From the IMG/VR virus record IMGVR_UViG_3300038315_000539, positions 1 through 26,551 of that record: a stretch of 26,551 nucleotides of DNA; one strand, written 5' to 3'. A program made the position numbers and the translations under genes. The notes beneath the pieces were generated by a model that was not told the origin of the DNA, searched no databases, and saw only the letters and a list, made by a program, of their open reading frames with translations. Shown one piece after another: positions 12,701 through 19,225 of this stretch. The stretch comes from a virus. Its lineage: Duplodnaviria > Caudoviricetes. Each line of letters begins with the position of its first letter. Positions within the stretch are counted from its first letter, which is position 1.

Positions 12701-13123
12701 ATGCCCGGACGCATCACTCACCCGGAGAGCAGGGATATTATCTGGAGTAAGGTTCCCTTTGCCCGACGGTTCTTCCATGATCCTACGGCATCCAAGAACA
12801 GATTCGCCTACGACAAGTACTCCTACTACGAGGAATCCATAAGGTCAGCAACGAGTCTTAACACCGGTATCAAGGAAGTCTATGGTGTGGGGAAGATGTA
12901 TAAGAATTTTCAAAAGAGCGACGACTATAAACTCTTTCGACTCAATGAATACAGGAAGGACATCGCGGGAAGGATCACCAAACTTCAGAAGGATCGAGCC
13001 CAGATCAGACGCAATCGTATCATGCGTGACGACATCAAAGAAGATAGGATTAATAACATTAATCAGAAGATGCAGGATCTAAGGCTCAGGCTCGTGAATA
13101 AGGTTGATGCAGTCCTAGAGTAA
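3773..13123 (+). CDS. giant internal virion / large polyvalent protein (3116 aa) with zincin-like metallopeptidase motif and probable LPD38-like C-terminal domain
   Basis: Uninterrupted 9.35-kb ORF with GAGGA RBS. N-terminal Gly/Ala hydrophobic segments; IWLVADNL...VVLHEMGSHGL...EETMAY (nt ~9670-9905); C-terminal YLYATHA, YVPLRG, NFVRD, ARNLTVNFSQKG, LYLFFNASVQG, IKIPLPYG motifs characteristic of phage large polyvalent/ejection proteins. Confidence 0.85.
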   Translation: MAFAATPLSPLYEMPAITPQAAGSVTGDLGLSWQIGKEQLKGAPAWMHGAGASLLEKAGFEDAARGHRFAALNIATEMYENIGALESLYSGPHSWQEATEQGTIGSYALWGINEAVKQTPTLALQIMGALASGGVGSVLGRFALGRAVGLVPGKAGRRATIAGVGLTSALLNTGEIYSSALMDSGENNPVVTGLAGLLAGSIDMWPGSKVVRAMGRSEDLGSYIANQFLRDKKKLSRFYRVLELGVTEGFVEDIQTVIEAATVNYLNDNDLAREYVDYAYGLVPITAEQVAERMEARAAGGLLGGLLGIPGRTSIRVRPKQTITTEDLQEIDDQLVYSLEQYERYKPTPDLVNPFATTINGAPLDATTQEASQIVPPVTTPQTKAQKDAAKNLRREQEELAALRASLGVVDTGAPTQEAETYQAIEEAAAEVTGARTPPPPTVEADVRTYLGDYADTILATEAEWDSIHQAALDRQEYNSIASEVLNDALAGRLGELEAEDTRQIQNSLDDWTSEILADGYVALAIDEKTGIPSRNDLKGLLNEAGFTTERLRAIGHVGGLGATAKVLNDTVIQYAGEARIQEARREAARVAQLEADQMAAEEKAKNNARLKAYFSPIMAMVRRQGNQKDREWLERVMTYRTALGEEERLEARRRLAESRTAEEREKRFPGVGRRRGERATLGFPVEEVEGVKVRTGRAGRVVGRRVAAVGPGEVVGEVTMRKGKKPVRAGKKGKGRILQRGEYKVPVRRPTEPVVAFDVRKRIEEATKAVDDAEKAAMEFVNELGILQFQQTAEYYNLIINAFDESEVGGNFPRGSVKVMLAEQVRLLKNEMATAGAKRKEVIASQLADLEGVSKTLEKDVEVYSKVPGDIWYDLDFFEKSVYYVKGTGHETVQMIKKAIADRTGRKPEDIKSVSLSGNYVVHERPKHAKVLRVKTEKKKIGNRTFEAIVLDDKGFAVYSLEDAKPHERTTLPARLIAYDGNDQVIGEQMIDDKRNYQLIGELSALKTIAGKGEYPSVEELHQVAKNLQVKTKFLGVLTVGGRAKFFELGALDLPRDELKNVDWYAVSTEKKTDEVTEEGVLQRDNHVRLSMVPELYESMLAVGMQAKQAQNATIVELIQIAKEEAQAKQEYLYLLNPNITDAQLKKEGAFFDVDMEQNLEKLVIENWPALMDGEVEVKPLGDKQTNQQIYESLRKSQSFGSRIMGQAYYEDQTDFYARMSTPPQRRGGVAIGTKVVVTPKILKPILGAGSSQSSSILESNVRRTSDRMHTARVRWLSNQRIREELDPIVKRLEAGPQNFEQIRNKLKEVKGKRNEAVRLERLHKEEYAELQSQMEREVGNILDQEYTIKEVLDGPKYVINGWTLSPGEFIVKRYSEAGVVRSRLSEEYNINRKARDLAEARQRTRARGDTPKGLLSAIVDPKERGLEKAKRDRQFLKSIGGRKQADKKASQMPAVPITSMIEEVRNDIETALANAKKAYDTKEDFTLDQYEKEKAKILGSRLERIFQKLLDAGLISKTRFNRVAKREKRLISHRLKRARLYKEFQEDKDFLSIGSLQDVDGNWKSLSEVKDQLFEVGVALNVPIKGIKFKKGMLRVSPSIGYRALKARHDELAEIIDERPTPPTQVVEEETRPIMDLKKPWRFFQTEDRPKVGARLNKIGGYMMGVSRFDDVSPVARWKNEFGTIIDKIEFTRDDQTFTLYEALDPYFPNNYTRYNSLEEAKRAFDSRYYKAKAGVAAGDKVVPSQYEGRLKYIKGVKQKGRATGPTPRQGVTTAGVMSEVEAEKLERGEEFAGAVPSDVPGYRRPEEKKARETKVVTSTSWQQGYIDQYWPSARRLLERIHKVPRSFVDQRGVLWMKVGREGKGPDFRRRFTGWVPDIRPRASDEILKSLVLEGEYTEGAMPHLILAKDNLGGSTRDEVMERVQEAFGRQVLNIVRVVQSQDQLPINLRVEDGVRGITSRSQIWLVADNLPDNRIVPVVLHEMGSHGLQAIMGKKFYQKLMAQVAHLAETDPYIADIYKTLKEGKMKGEREALIIEETMAYVVENEAMRNNAFWRSLIDAILYGLARLKMVLNPKWIGAGDLLVLAKASAKAHAAAAKNKEAVFVANFLNAPLYSFSDIFNWKVDENDYASGIVTELGETLEPHQTQGFWQDWMEKDMPLPDHWWENFLVIRQIGAKADKPPVPGIRVRKLGGLRFQMWPGENIVKWISNYFIVIQRMEKAIEQRGGKIDESMMPSLFHGGYKNRVNFLRRQFHRADVHELREFMREHKISGTDLHTYLYATHAPFRNLLFKAKAKARKVEHASGISNEAAALMIRTLQENLTKEEYTNLTKAANIVYKINQRRQEYLLQEGLIDEETLETWNKNENFKRTYVPLRGITDVVNNDFFEEPLAPGKLGIRGYESKAVGGRTSPAENTWAWSIMQMDHAFDRAEKNKVVKSFARLILNNEDDFKNDMIVVSREQFKKGVDPATGGLFLTGENIRGLHPENASDPAHNIGFKDNGKEWVIVVRDKRIGEAFNRTNMSDSGVIMQWFSNVNRFFSAIHTSLSPEFVLVNFVRDFQTAMINLQSDKQTIAQLKDVEGLSKQVMKDVKNAAIGLKEFIRENKTDTEWSDLAREFSAEGGRIDFFGFRDARDFEKNLNDYIKDTTAAGARRWKNRMLEFVGEYNAVFENTMRLSTYKNVRDAFISNGMAEADAKRRAADVARNLTVNFSQKGEKTQALNSLYLFFNASVQGTVRMFQAMLRRPPGQRGMTRVQKIMSSIALFGFAQGIINSLLAGDDEDGINRYRQVDLKTRERQAHIYLPGFDVFIKIPLPYGYNIPYAIGDSLAALMMGHTTGPKAASHLFSTTVDSFLPFSWGGSDNLLISSAKTISPTLFDPLIDLAVNESYFGQPIYKEAPYGSADPPSERYWSSTAAPFKSVSRFINAITGGSQVKAGWASIPPDIFEHIWETTVGSAGRFVTKTTNLAWSIGPMPGRITHPESRDIIWSKVPFARRFFHDPTASKNRFAYDKYSYYEESIRSATSLNTGIKEVYGVGKMYKNFQKSDDYKLFRLNEYRKDIAGRITKLQKDRAQIRRNRIMRDDIKEDRINNINQKMQDLRLRLVNKVDAVLE

Positions 13124-13353
13124 TGAAGAATCCTAAGTTAGTCGTGGTTGAGTGGAGAGATATTCTTGGCACCTCCGGATGGGAGAAGCCATCGGAAGTA
13201 GATCCTCCTACCTTCTGGACGGTGGGCTACCTAATTACCAAGAACAAAAATACCATTAAGATAGCCGCGACTAAAGATGAGAAGGGCGAGTGGAGTACAA
13301 TCACTGCCTTCCCATCTGGGTGTGTTACAAAGATTAACTATAGTCCCTCATAA
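13123..13353 (+). CDS. small conserved phage protein (76 aa)
   Basis: TAATG coupling to the giant gene; pattern VxWxD...GW...TVGYL...FPxGCV is a recurring small beta-rich phage family; function unknown. Confidence 0.75.
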   Translation: MKNPKLVVVEWRDILGTSGWEKPSEVDPPTFWTVGYLITKNKNTIKIAATKDEKGEWSTITAFPSGCVTKINYSPS

Positions 13354-14116
13354 TTCTACGGAGGGTGACTGTCTTGACCCCATCGTAATAACCCTCGCCA
13401 TCCAGTTCCTCTAGCATTATAATACCTCTCCACCACTGGTGCTCGGTGTCTCGACACCAACTCTCTGAGTACTCAGGGTGAGAGAAGCAACCCGCAGACA
13501 ACCCAAAGATTTTCTGTCCATCAGGACGTGTGTGTTCTGCGTGGTTGTACAGATGTGAATGACCTTGAACGGCGGAGCAGTGAAGTTTAGAAACCAGTGT
13601 ATGTCCTATGTGGAGACTAGAGATAGGTCGTCCAGAGATACCCGCAGTGAAGTAGTGCGAGAAGGTAATTCCCTCTATCGTCACGCACTGCTTGAAGGGG
13701 ACAATTTCCCACCCAAACCCCTCGTACTGTAGATCTTCGATGCCTATTGTTCCATCTAACTCCGCTTGAGAGTTGATGGCTCTAGTAATTCTATCCTCAT
13801 GATTACCTATACACATTACTAAGCGTGGCCTATACTGCTTCTTGCCGTTCCTTCTTTTTCTAGCGTTGTGTATAGTCATCGCCTCGAACAGAAGTTCTTG
13901 CGCGTTGACCGCCGCCGCTACATCCTTCTTGTATCTCCTTCCCTCAAATCCTTTAGTCCCCCTGTCGTAAGAAGACAGAGACGGCAGGTCGGCTAGATCC
14001 CCCAAGCAAACTACACACTCAGGTTGCTCCTCCATGAGTAGCCGACCCACTGCTCTGAATCTTTCGTTGTTGTAATCCGGGTGGGCATGAGGATCAGGAA
14101 TGATCATAAGTTTCAT
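13334..14116 (-). CDS. calcineurin-like metallophosphoesterase (260 aa)
   Basis: Motifs DPH, GDLAD, GNHE, FSH and GHSH in canonical order; ATGA overlap with the upstream gene. Confidence 0.9.
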   Translation of the reverse strand: MKLMIIPDPHAHPDYNNERFRAVGRLLMEEQPECVVCLGDLADLPSLSSYDRGTKGFEGRRYKKDVAAAVNAQELLFEAMTIHNARKRRNGKKQYRPRLVMCIGNHEDRITRAINSQAELDGTIGIEDLQYEGFGWEIVPFKQCVTIEGITFSHYFTAGISGRPISSLHIGHTLVSKLHCSAVQGHSHLYNHAEHTRPDGQKIFGLSAGCFSHPEYSESWCRDTEHQWWRGIIMLEELDGEGYYDGVKTVTLRRIMRDYS

Positions 14117-14340
14117 GGTAATCTTTCCATGTCAGATAATTTGCGCTGAAGAGTATCTAATTCTGGTTTAGTTAGCCAAGGTACTTGGTCTTCTTCTAAT
14201 TCTTCTTCCAGTTCATCTACTAGGTTATAAATACAGGACAAGCAAGTGTGACAAAAAGCCACTGGCAAAGTACCAAACTCACCCTCAACCCCACCCTCAT
14301 CCTTAATATCAAATTCACACCTACAAATTGAGCAAATCAT
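14113..14340 (-). CDS. small Zn-finger-like protein (75 aa)
   Basis: CSIC...CHTC pairs and acidic tail; translationally coupled to the phosphoesterase. Confidence 0.7.
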   Translation of the reverse strand: MICSICRCEFDIKDEGGVEGEFGTLPVAFCHTCLSCIYNLVDELEEELEEDQVPWLTKPELDTLQRKLSDMERLP

Positions 14341-14343
14341 ATT

Positions 14344-14457
14344 TCATATCTTAGATGTAATAGGTATAGGAGCAGATTTTTTATCTGCCATCTTTTTCAG
14401 TTCTTCAGCCAGAGCAATTGCCAATGATCTCACTTCTTGAACTATACGACTGTACAA
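14344..14457 (-). CDS. possible small helical protein (37 aa, TTG start), not in ORF track
   Basis: TAAGGA RBS 6 nt before TTG; reads MYSRIVQEVRSLAIALAEELKKMADKKSAPIPITSKI*; fills the gap between RNR and the Zn-finger gene. Confidence 0.4.
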   Translation of the reverse strand: MYSRIVQEVRSLAIALAEELKKMADKKSAPIPITSKI

Positions 14458-14493
14458 AAAATGTCCTTACTTCATTTTTGAGCCATTTAGATT

Positions 14494-16362
14494 TCATAAT
14501 ATTTCACACTTGTCCCCGGAACATGCGAGTTCCTGACTTCCGATTGTGTTGTCTTCGTGTTCCTCGATTGCATCCCAGTCGATTCTTGAGATTTTTTTAA
14601 ACGAGGAGAAGGTTTCTTTAGTAATCTCCTCATAAGGAGCGACCTCATACGAGTGGCTATCATCTGCCCTCGGTAGAAAACTGACACCGCTCAGTATGTC
14701 GAAGTTCGAGTAGCACCACGCACCAACCTCCATCCATTCGTCTTCACCTACATAGATTGTAACACTAGGCTTGTGTTCGCACCAGTGTAACGCAAACCTC
14801 TTCCAGATTTCAAGGTGCTCTATCGCAGTCACATCATTCCTAGTTCGTGACTTGGCGGGAGACCCCATAGGGAAAGAGAAAACTATAGCCTCTTTATTGT
14901 ACGGGTCGTCCTCGTATGGAACCCCGGCATCAATGATGGCCTGATTCAATGGGTCTTTTTTGTCTTGCCTAATCCTTCTGATGTACCACTTCGAGTACGA
15001 AGGATGCAAGCCCGACCCACCTACGGCAGTGAGTTGGGAGACAGTACCTGACGGCTTGATGCAAGTGATGGCGGCAGATGGGTTGATGTCCAGTTGTCTA
15101 GCCCACTTCTCATTGGTCTTGATTGCTATGTCTCTCCACTTCTGCAACTGTTCGGGAGATGCATTCAGAACGATTGGGCAATCAAATACTCCAGTCATAC
15201 TCACACCGAGGAGTCTTTCCTCCTCTGCATTCTTCTTCCAGATGGGTCTAACGTATCTGAAATCAGTCAGCATGGATTGAATGGTTCCTAGGATAGTGGC
15301 GTATTCTACCTTCTTTTCCACATCTTCGTGTCTGTCAGAGGGTCTGAGGATGCATTCTGTGAGGTTGCACACACCAGATGACCGCAGAACGATCTCAGAA
15401 CAGGGGTTACAGCCGAACTCATAGTCCTTTTCCCTCCTCTCTGGCATCAATTTCTTAGTGGCTTCTCGATTGAAGACACCCCTCTCACCACTGCGTGATT
15501 CATAAAGCGCAGTCCACTCCCTCATGTATACCCCCATGTCTGGCTTCTCTGTGTAACACACACTGTTGTTAGCCAAAGCACGTTGGGGGTTTTCAACCCA
15601 CCACTGTCCTGACTTGGCATGCCTCATGCGTTCATCAGTTAAATTACTTAAACTAATTTCGGCGGCTCTACGAACTCCGCCCACCACCACGCTCTCGCCG
15701 TTCCAACACATCAGGTCATGGCACTCAATGCTCGTGAGGCGGCGGCTGGTCGCGGATTTAAAAGTGGCGATATAGTGGCTAAATAATCTTTCCAGTGGAT
15801 CTGGGCCAGATGCCCTTCCACCAAAAGTCTTGAGTCTTGCCCCTGCAGGACGAATCCTGCTGTAATCTACCTTGGGTATCATCCCTTGATATAGAAGGCT
15901 AACCAATTCTCTCAGAGCCTTAGCCCACCCTATCTTGCTATCGCTCACGATGATGGTGGTATCGGATTCATGGAAGTCATCGGCCACTTCTGGCAATCGG
16001 TTAATGAACTGACGTTCCACGCTAAACCCTACACCCGTACCGCATAGCAGGACATAGAGGGACTCATCAAAGGCTCGGATATGATCAACCGCCAGATAGG
16101 CGCAGTTATATCCCGCCATATTATCTCTGGACAATGCCCCGCTTCCTGTTTCTGGATCTGCCGTCATTAAGGCTCTCATGGAAGGCATTACCTCCATATC
16201 CATGATGGCCTCACGGAGATAGTTTGGGAAGTTCCCACTGACGTCACTCATGTAATCGCAGTAACGGTTCACGGTTTCTTCCCATGTTTCCCTGCGTCCT
16301 TCAGAGTCCAGATACCTAGCATACCGGCTCTTGTGGATTAACTTCTGATATTCTGAAATCAT
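14494..16362 (-). CDS. nrdJ: ribonucleotide reductase, class II (adenosylcobalamin-dependent), phage type (622 aa)
   Basis: RRETWEET, MPSMR, GYNC, GTGVG, VVVGGVRR, catalytic NPCSE, CNL, IKPSGTVS and C-terminal CSGDKC; no beta subunit (nrdB) in the window. Confidence 0.9.
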   Translation of the reverse strand: MISEYQKLIHKSRYARYLDSEGRRETWEETVNRYCDYMSDVSGNFPNYLREAIMDMEVMPSMRALMTADPETGSGALSRDNMAGYNCAYLAVDHIRAFDESLYVLLCGTGVGFSVERQFINRLPEVADDFHESDTTIIVSDSKIGWAKALRELVSLLYQGMIPKVDYSRIRPAGARLKTFGGRASGPDPLERLFSHYIATFKSATSRRLTSIECHDLMCWNGESVVVGGVRRAAEISLSNLTDERMRHAKSGQWWVENPQRALANNSVCYTEKPDMGVYMREWTALYESRSGERGVFNREATKKLMPERREKDYEFGCNPCSEIVLRSSGVCNLTECILRPSDRHEDVEKKVEYATILGTIQSMLTDFRYVRPIWKKNAEEERLLGVSMTGVFDCPIVLNASPEQLQKWRDIAIKTNEKWARQLDINPSAAITCIKPSGTVSQLTAVGGSGLHPSYSKWYIRRIRQDKKDPLNQAIIDAGVPYEDDPYNKEAIVFSFPMGSPAKSRTRNDVTAIEHLEIWKRFALHWCEHKPSVTIYVGEDEWMEVGAWCYSNFDILSGVSFLPRADDSHSYEVAPYEEITKETFSSFKKISRIDWDAIEEHEDNTIGSQELACSGDKCEIL

Positions 16363-16670
16363 CCTTCTCTCCCAATTAGTTTCTCTTTCTGGGCTACCAC
16401 TATTCGATGCTTTGCATGTTTCACGTTTTTGAATTTCTCTCTGAGCCGTTGCTCATTAGACCATATGACAAATTCATCTAAGGTCATAGCGGTGTGGTTC
16501 TGGAACCAATCTTCCCAAGGGATTGCGCCTTTAGGGGTCAACTCATGGCGCATAGGCCAGATGTGCCTCGCTAGATGATATATGCGAAAAACCTGTTCCT
16601 CATCCTCTTGCCACGAAAGATTGGGGGGACGAAGCCCCCCTCCCTCTCCCTTAGAATGGTAGCGAGTCAT
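16359..16670 (-). CDS. hypothetical protein (start uncertain; track start 16733, alternative ATG 16670)
   Basis: Open frame filling the ssb-nrdJ gap; its stop overlaps the nrdJ start (ATGA). Confidence 0.6.
   Translation of the reverse strand: MTRYHSKGEGGGLRPPNLSWQEDEEQVFRIYHLARHIWPMRHELTPKGAIPWEDWFQNHTAMTLDEFVIWSNEQRLREKFKNVKHAKHRIVVAQKEKLIGREG
16623..16640 (-). terminator. GC hairpin just downstream of ssb (possible weak terminator or RNA stability element)
   Basis: Minus strand GGGGGG-CTTCGT-CCCCCC followed by AATCTTTC, 10 nt after the ssb stop; poor U-tract. Confidence 0.4.
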
Positions 16671-17013
16671 CCTCGCTTGTTGAAGAAACTGAAGAACTGT
16701 TTTTCTTGGCTCCCATCTGCATTGAGTATGCAACGATACTTGTGGAATGCTTTTCCACTCCTTCCCGGTCAGTGTACTTACTGTAAGTGATCCTTCCCTC
16801 CACGTACAGTTCCTGACCTTTCTTCACATACTCGTTAACTGTGTCAGCGAGTTTACCAAAGAACGTAACCTTATGCCAGTCGGTTTTCTCTTTGTCGCCG
16901 TAACCGGAGTTAGTGGCAAGGGACAGATTGGCAACTGTATCCCCTTTGCCTGTTTCATTAATGATGGGGTCTGCCCCAACGCGCCCTACTAATATTGCCT
17001 TATTCACATTCAT
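16651..17013 (-). CDS. ssb: single-stranded DNA-binding protein (120 aa)
   Basis: VNKAILVGRVGADP, TDWHKVTFFGKLA, YVKKGQELYVEGRI and acidic DDSLPF C-terminal tail. Confidence 0.97.
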   Translation of the reverse strand: MNVNKAILVGRVGADPIINETGKGDTVANLSLATNSGYGDKEKTDWHKVTFFGKLADTVNEYVKKGQELYVEGRITYSKYTDREGVEKHSTSIVAYSMQMGAKKNSSSVSSTSEDDSLPF

Positions 17014-17014
17014 C

Positions 17015-17785
17015 TTACATGACTCTCCTGTCGTGCCATTCTGGGTTGTACTTCTTTACCAACTTCCAAAGGGAGAGAGCATGATTGAACATGGTTTGAA
17101 ATCTATTCACGTCTTCATGCTCCCATACGAGAACGCGGGGAGAACCCACGTCTATAAATACATTGAGCAACCTGCGACCACTCCCTAAACCTTGGGCATA
17201 GGCGGCAAGTTGGGTTCCGTAGTCATCATACACCATTTTCTTTACGTTCGGTTGATCTGGAAACTCTTTGGTCTTGAAGTCTACCACCCATTCATCGTTG
17301 TGTAAATCAACCTTACCACCGTAACCGGAATGATGGGCAAATGCTTTTTCGGATACCCACGCCCCACCTTCACTGCTACACACTTCTTTGAGTTTGAGAT
17401 CCACCGTCTCGCATAATTGTTGATAAGCAACAGGAACGTCGACATTACTGTAGTACTTCTCCAGTTGATCGTGGATCATAGTGCCTCGCCCCATGACATC
17501 CTGTTGCTTTTTGTTAAATCTATCCCGCGCTAACTTTTCAAATTCTGGGAACCCTCCGCCAGCACCAAGATTTTCAGCGGAATGGGTTTCAGTCCACAGG
17601 GCACCCATTAGTTCGCTCTGAATCCATTTCGTTAGCATGGGTCGGGCTACCACATCATTCCAGATAGTGGAGACAGAAGGCACCCAACCATGCTTTCGTG
17701 CATCTCTCAGCGTGGATGGGCGCATCCCATTCTTTCCCTCTACCTCGTAACAGGGATTGCCTTCTTTGTCATACCAGTGGCTCAT
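17015..17785 (-). CDS. PD-(D/E)XK exonuclease (256 aa)
   Basis: PSVSTI, GTMIH, E...GYGGKVDL...VDFKT, QLAAYA motifs; located between SSB and a putative annealase. Confidence 0.85.
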   Translation of the reverse strand: MSHWYDKEGNPCYEVEGKNGMRPSTLRDARKHGWVPSVSTIWNDVVARPMLTKWIQSELMGALWTETHSAENLGAGGGFPEFEKLARDRFNKKQQDVMGRGTMIHDQLEKYYSNVDVPVAYQQLCETVDLKLKEVCSSEGGAWVSEKAFAHHSGYGGKVDLHNDEWVVDFKTKEFPDQPNVKKMVYDDYGTQLAAYAQGLGSGRRLLNVFIDVGSPRVLVWEHEDVNRFQTMFNHALSLWKLVKKYNPEWHDRRVM

Positions 17786-18423
17786 GAGTCTTGCCTAAAT
17801 TCTTCTGACTCGTCCTCAGAGTAGACGCCATATTTGTATGCACCACACAGTTTAAGGACGGCTCTTGCCTTGGCTCTCTTCTCTGCCATTTCCACGAGAT
17901 AGGTGTGGGAGACATTCCCATTTGGGTATGCTCCTTTGATGGCGCTACCGTAACTCTGGACAGCATCTCTCTGGCCTACGGCAACTGCCTTGATAACGGC
18001 GAAATCTTTCTCGATCACTTCGCTCTCGAAGGTAACTCGGATATTGAGGTTGTTCTGGATCTTCTCAACTCCGGACAGTTTGATGATTGCCCACTTGCCT
18101 TCCTTGTTAAAGATATCCTCTTCCACAACGAGGCCATGTTCCTTGACCAGTTGGTTTAGGAAATCCCTTTTGGTCAGTGGTGGGTTTTCTCCGGCAAGTT
18201 TTTTCATACGCGCCTCATGCTTTTTCGTTAACGATTTTAACTGAATGGCATCCACTTCCTTTTCATCTGCTTTCTGCCATTCCTCTTCCTGACGTTGCCT
18301 TTCGTTTTGTTCCTGTTGCTCCCATCCTGCGTTAAGCGGAGCCCTTATACCATCAGGACCACGAAGGTCTTCACTAAATTCCACCGTTGCTTCTATTGCT
18401 TCTGCTGAATGTCCGTTAGCCAT
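17782..18423 (-). CDS. putative ssDNA-annealing (Rad52/Sak-like) recombination protein (213 aa)
   Basis: C-terminal SYGSA...EMAEKRAKARAVLKLCG...VYSEDE resembles Rad52-fold phage annealases; context annealase-exonuclease-SSB; charged N-terminal extension. Confidence 0.6.
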   Translation of the reverse strand: MANGHSAEAIEATVEFSEDLRGPDGIRAPLNAGWEQQEQNERQRQEEEWQKADEKEVDAIQLKSLTKKHEARMKKLAGENPPLTKRDFLNQLVKEHGLVVEEDIFNKEGKWAIIKLSGVEKIQNNLNIRVTFESEVIEKDFAVIKAVAVGQRDAVQSYGSAIKGAYPNGNVSHTYLVEMAEKRAKARAVLKLCGAYKYGVYSEDESEEFRQDS

Positions 18424-18626
18424 TAGTCGAATATCTCCTCTTTCAGACCGATAAAATCACCGCGCAAGGATTCAATTAGTTCGCCCTGCTCTTTAACGAT
18501 CCAAATTAATTTTGTTAAAGTTTCATCTAGCGTAAACAATCCTTTCGCATCTTCTTGAGGGAAGGGAATTCCATCTGCGCTAAACCCTAGCACATCTTTA
18601 GGTATTAAGTCGTCTATCTTAGCCAT
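18423..18626 (-). CDS. hypothetical protein (67 aa)
   Basis: GAGGTG RBS; overlaps both neighbours; C-terminal coiled-coil-like segment. Confidence 0.7.
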   Translation of the reverse strand: MAKIDDLIPKDVLGFSADGIPFPQEDAKGLFTLDETLTKLIWIVKEQGELIESLRGDFIGLKEEIFD

Positions 18627-18846
18627 GTGTCACCTCGTGGGCTGCTTTTATAACTTTAATGGCTACTGCAAGATCCCCAGCGCACGAATTTAGTAATGCA
18701 ACGGCGCAAGTGCCCATGTCATCCCATCCATCGGAAATCTCACCTTTATCCAGACTGGCCGCATACATTAAAGTATGTTGCCCCTTTTCTTTATCAAAGA
18801 TGTCTTTTGGAACCTCTTCCCTAGTAAAACCGTTTGTCTTATCCAT
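18619..18846 (-). CDS. hypothetical protein (75 aa)
   Basis: GGAGGTG RBS; 8-nt overlaps with neighbours. Confidence 0.7.
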   Translation of the reverse strand: MDKTNGFTREEVPKDIFDKEKGQHTLMYAASLDKGEISDGWDDMGTCAVALLNSCAGDLAVAIKVIKAAHEVTHG

Positions 18847-18856
18847 GTGTCACCTC
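18623..18856. repeat. 14-bp direct repeat CCATGTGTCACCTC at 18623-18636 and 18843-18856
   Basis: Exact copies 220 bp apart; minus strand reads GAGGTGACACATGG (RBS plus ATG); both upstream proteins end in EVTHG*. Confidence 0.9.
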
Positions 18857-19225
18857 CGGGACGTCTGCCCCTAATTCTATACCAAGTTGAACTGCCCTTT
18901 CAATCAGTTCAGACATTTCACTTACATTCATGTCCGAGGTTGATCGAAGCCTACTTCGTTTCTCGCCCTTTAGATTTAGAAAATCTTCTGCGCCAAAAAC
19001 AGATTCAATAATGATGTCCTTGATCTCTCCCTTGCTGTGCCCTGTCTGGTCTGCTATTGTACCACACCATGCATGGAACATGTCATTCTGTTCTAGTGAG
19101 CGGTTCTTGTTATAGGGGCGCATGATGACCTCAAGCGGTTGCTCATTATCAATCGACTGATCTTTAATGTAACCAGAGCAGAAGTCTCTGATGCGCTTAT
19201 CGCGCAGTATCCATCGCTTCACCAT
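18839..19225 (-). CDS. ninB: NinB/Orf-family recombination protein (128 aa)
   Basis: RSLEQNDMFHAWCGTIA and STSDMNVSEMSELIE...GIELG match NinB/YbcN family motifs. Confidence 0.85.
   Translation of the reverse strand: MVKRWILRDKRIRDFCSGYIKDQSIDNEQPLEVIMRPYNKNRSLEQNDMFHAWCGTIADQTGHSKGEIKDIIIESVFGAEDFLNLKGEKRSRLRSTSDMNVSEMSELIERAVQLGIELGADVPEVTHG

Noticed and set aside
9153-13082. Same-strand alternative-frame ORFs inside the giant gene (9153-9350, 11589-11891, 12882-13082)
   Set aside because: Short, no motifs, expected by chance in a 9-kb gene.
3773-13123. Giant ORF as an N4-like virion RNA polymerase or DarB-like helicase/methylase
   Set aside because: I found no polymerase catalytic motifs, Walker A/DExx or NPPY/F motifs; size alone is insufficient.
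14494-16362. Intein or intron in the RNR (or helicase)
   Set aside because: Both have normal lengths and contiguous motifs; no intein splice motifs seen.
17015-17785. Exonuclease as Cas4 / CRISPR adaptation gene
   Set aside because: Lacks the four-Cys Fe-S pattern and sits in an annealase-exo-SSB module.
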